Source: Eledone cirrhosa
Lineage: Eukaryota
DNA length: 64,000 nt
Direction: 5' to 3'
NCBI GenBank assembly: GCA_964016885.1
Contig: OZ024743.1
Location: forward strand, 296,422,001-296,486,000
Both the position numbers and the translations under genes were made by a program. Below the pieces are notes generated by a model. That model saw only the letters and a program-made list of their open reading frames with translations. It did not search any database and was not told where the DNA came from. Positions 60,677 to 64,000 of this stretch are shown here, in pieces (the first letter of the stretch is position 1; every line of letters begins with the position of its first letter).

Positions 60677-61901
60677 GGGGTCCCTAAAAATGTATACACC
60701 ATTCTAATATATATATTGACTTTACAGATAATCAAAGTGTGTATACATTTTTCGGGGACACCATATATATATATATATACCGGGTTCCCTAAAAATGTAT
60801 ACACCATTCTAATATATATGTTGCCTGTACAAGTATTCAAAGTGTGTATACATTTTTCGGGGACACCATATATATATATAACGGCGTCCCAAAAATGTAT
60901 ACACCATTCTAAAATATATATTGCCTGTACAGGTAATCAAAGTGTGTATACATTTTTCGGGGACACCATATATATACCGGCGTCAATAAAAATGTATACA
61001 CCATTCTAACATATATATTGCCGGTACAGGTAATCAAAGTGTGTATACATTATTCGGGGACACCATATATATATATATACCGGTGTCCCTAAAAATGTAT
61101 ACACCATTCTAATATATATATATATTGCCTGTAGAGGTAATCAAAGTGTGTATACATTTTTCGGGGACACCATATATATATATATATACCGGGGTCCCTA
61201 AAAATGTATACACCATTCTAATATATATATTGCCTGTACAGATAATCAAAATGTGTATACATTTTTCCGGGACACCATATATATATATATATATATACCG
61301 GGGTCCCTAAAAATGTATACACCATTCTAATATATATATTGACTTTACAGATAATCAAAGTGTGTATACATTTTTCGGGGACACCATATATATATATATA
61401 TACCGGGTTCCCTAAAAATGTATACACCTTTCTAATATATATGTTGCCTGTACAAGTATTCAAAGTGTGTATACATTTTTCGGGGACACCATATATATAT
61501 ATATAACGGCGTCCCAAAAATGTATACACCATTCTAAAATATATATTGCCTGTACAGGTAATCAAAGTGTGTATACATTTTTCGGGGACACCATATATAT
61601 ACCGGGGTCAATAAAAATGTATACACCATTCTAACATATATATTGCCGGTACAGGTAATCAAAGTGTGTATACATTTTTCGGGGACACCATATATATATA
61701 TATACCGGTGTCCCTAAAAATGTATACACCATTCTAATATATATATATATTGCCTGTAGAGGTAATCAAAGTGTGTATACATTTTTCGGGGACACCATAT
61801 ATATATATATATACCGGGGTCCCTAAAAATGTATACACCATTCTAATATATATATATTGCCTGTACAGATAATCAAAATGTGTATACATTTTTCCGGGAC
61901 A

Positions 61902-61934
<33 letters not shown>

Positions 61935-62742
61935 GGGGTCCCTAAAAATGTATACACCATTCTAATATATATATTGACTTTACAGATAATCAAAGTGTGT
62001 ATACATTTTTCGGGGACACCATATATATATATACCGGGTTCCCTAAAAATGTATACACCATTCTAATATATATGTTGCCTGTACAAGTATTCAAAGTGTG
62101 TATACATTTTTCGGGGACACCATATATATATATAACGGCGTCCCAAAAATGTATACACCATTCTAATATATATATTGCCTGTACAGGTAATCAAAGTGTG
62201 TATACATTTTTCGGGGACACCATATATATATATATACCGGTGTCCCTAAAAATGTATACACCATTCTAATATATATATTGCCTGTACAGGTAATCAAAGT
62301 GTGTAAACATTTTTCCGGGACACCATATATATATATATATACCGGTGTCCCTAAAAATGTATACACCATTCTAATATATATATTGCCTGTACAGGTAATC
62401 AAAGTGTTTATACATTTTTCGGGGACACCATATATATACCGGTGTCAATAAAAATGTATACACCATTCTAATATATATATTGCCGGTACAGGTAATCAAA
62501 GTGTGTATAAATTTTTCGGGGACACCATATATATATATACCGGTGTCCCTAAAAATGTATACACCATTCTAACATATATACATATTGCCTGTACAGGTAA
62601 TCAAAGTGTGTATACATTTTTCCGGGACACCATATATATATATATATATATACCGGTGTCCCTAAAAATGTATACACCATTCTAATATATATATATTACC
62701 GGTACAGGTAATCAATGTGTGTATACATTTTTCGGGGACACC

Positions 62743-62775
<33 letters not shown>

Positions 62776-63474
62776 GGGGTCCCTAAAAATGTATACACCA
62801 TTCTAATATATATATTGCCTGTACAGGTAATCAAAGAGTGTATACATTTTTCGGGGACACCATATATATATATATATAAATACCGGGGTCCCTAAGAATG
62901 TATACACCATTCTAATATATATATTGCCTGTACAGGTAATCAAAGTATGTATACATTTTTCGGGGACACCATATATATATATATATACCAGGTTCCCTAA
63001 AAATGTATACACCATTCTAATATATATGTTGCCTGTACAAGTAATCAAAGTGTGTATACATTTTTCGGGGACACCATATATATATATAACGGTGTCCCAA
63101 AAATGTATACACCATTCTAATATATATATTGCCTGTACAGGTAATCAAAGTGTGTATACATTTTTCGAGGACACCATATATATATACCGGGGTCCCTAAA
63201 AATGTATACACTATTCTAATATGTATATTATCTGTACAGGTAATCAAAGAGTGTATACATTTTTCGGGGACACCATATATATATATACCGGGGTCCCTAA
63301 AAATGTATACACCATTCTAATATATATATTGCCTGTACAAGTATTCAAAGTGTGTATACATTTTTCGGGCACACCATATATATATATATACCGGTGTCCC
63401 TAAAAATGTATACACCATTCTAATATATATATTGCCTGTACAGGTAATCAAAGTGTGTATACATTTTTCGGGGA

Positions 63475-63509
<35 letters not shown>

Positions 63510-64000
63510 GGGTTCCCTAAAAATGTATACACCATTCTAATATATATATTACTTGTACTGATAATCAAAGTGTGTATACATTTTTCGGGTGCACCATATA
63601 TATACCGGGGTCCCTAAAAATGTATACACCGTTCTAATATATATATTGACTGTACAGGTAATCAAAGTGTGTATACATTTTTCGGGGACACCATATATGT
63701 ATATATATACCGGGGTCCCTAAAAATGTATACACCATTCTAATATATATATTGCCTGTACAGATAATCAAAGTGTGTAAAGATTTTTCGGGGACACCATA
63801 TATATATATATACCGGGGTCCCTAAAAATGTATACACCATTCTAATATATATATTGCCTGTACAGCTAATCAAAGTGTGTATACAATTTTCGGGGACACC
63901 ATATATATATATATATACCGGGGTCCCTAAAAATGTATACACCATTCTAATATATATATTGCCTGTACAGGTAATCAAAGAGTGTATACATTTTTCGGGG
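43164..64000. repeat. ~21 kb satellite array: 88-bp quasi-palindromic core plus variable (TA)n spacer (unit ~100-130 bp), running off the window end
   Basis: Core CCGGGGTCCCTAAAAATGTATACACCATTCTAATATATATATTGCCTGTACAGGTAATCAAAGTGTGTATACATTTTTCGGGGACACC repeated head-to-tail throughout. Confidence 0.97.

Noticed and set aside
43164-64000. CRISPR-like repeat-spacer appearance and the many GVPKNVYTILIY ORFs
   Set aside because: The spacers are only variable-length (TA)n, there are no cas genes, and the context is eukaryotic; the ORFs are satellite translations

Overview
This is AT-rich, gene-free eukaryotic DNA. The SINE families and the extreme (TA)n/(CA)n/(GA)n density suggest an octopod cephalopod (inference). 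No host protein-coding gene is supported, and almost all listed ORFs are microsatellite or satellite translations. Positions 1-43 kb are a mosaic of tRNA-derived SINEs, decayed LINEs (RTE, R4/Dong-like, CR1, CRE, possibly Hero), Penelope remnants, a Helitron PIF1-helicase 3' end and non-autonomous Helitrons. Positions 43.2-64 kb are one ~21 kb satellite built from a nearly palindromic, Tc1/mariner-MITE-like 88-bp core separated by variable (TA)n. The main hidden signal is RNA-structural: many type I hammerhead ribozyme (HHR) motifs. Two unrelated tandem arrays (310-bp unit at 15.3-16.3 kb, minus strand; ~464-bp unit at 41.3-42.4 kb, plus strand) carry one HHR per unit, the architecture of non-LTR retrozymes that make small circular RNAs. 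Further HHRs occur in an inverted-repeat-flanked mini-element (38.5 kb), as long-stem-II variants (16.5, 18.4, 28.6 kb) and next to a Penelope GIY-YIG remnant (25.8 kb). All motifs were read by eye; ribozyme activity and expression are untested.
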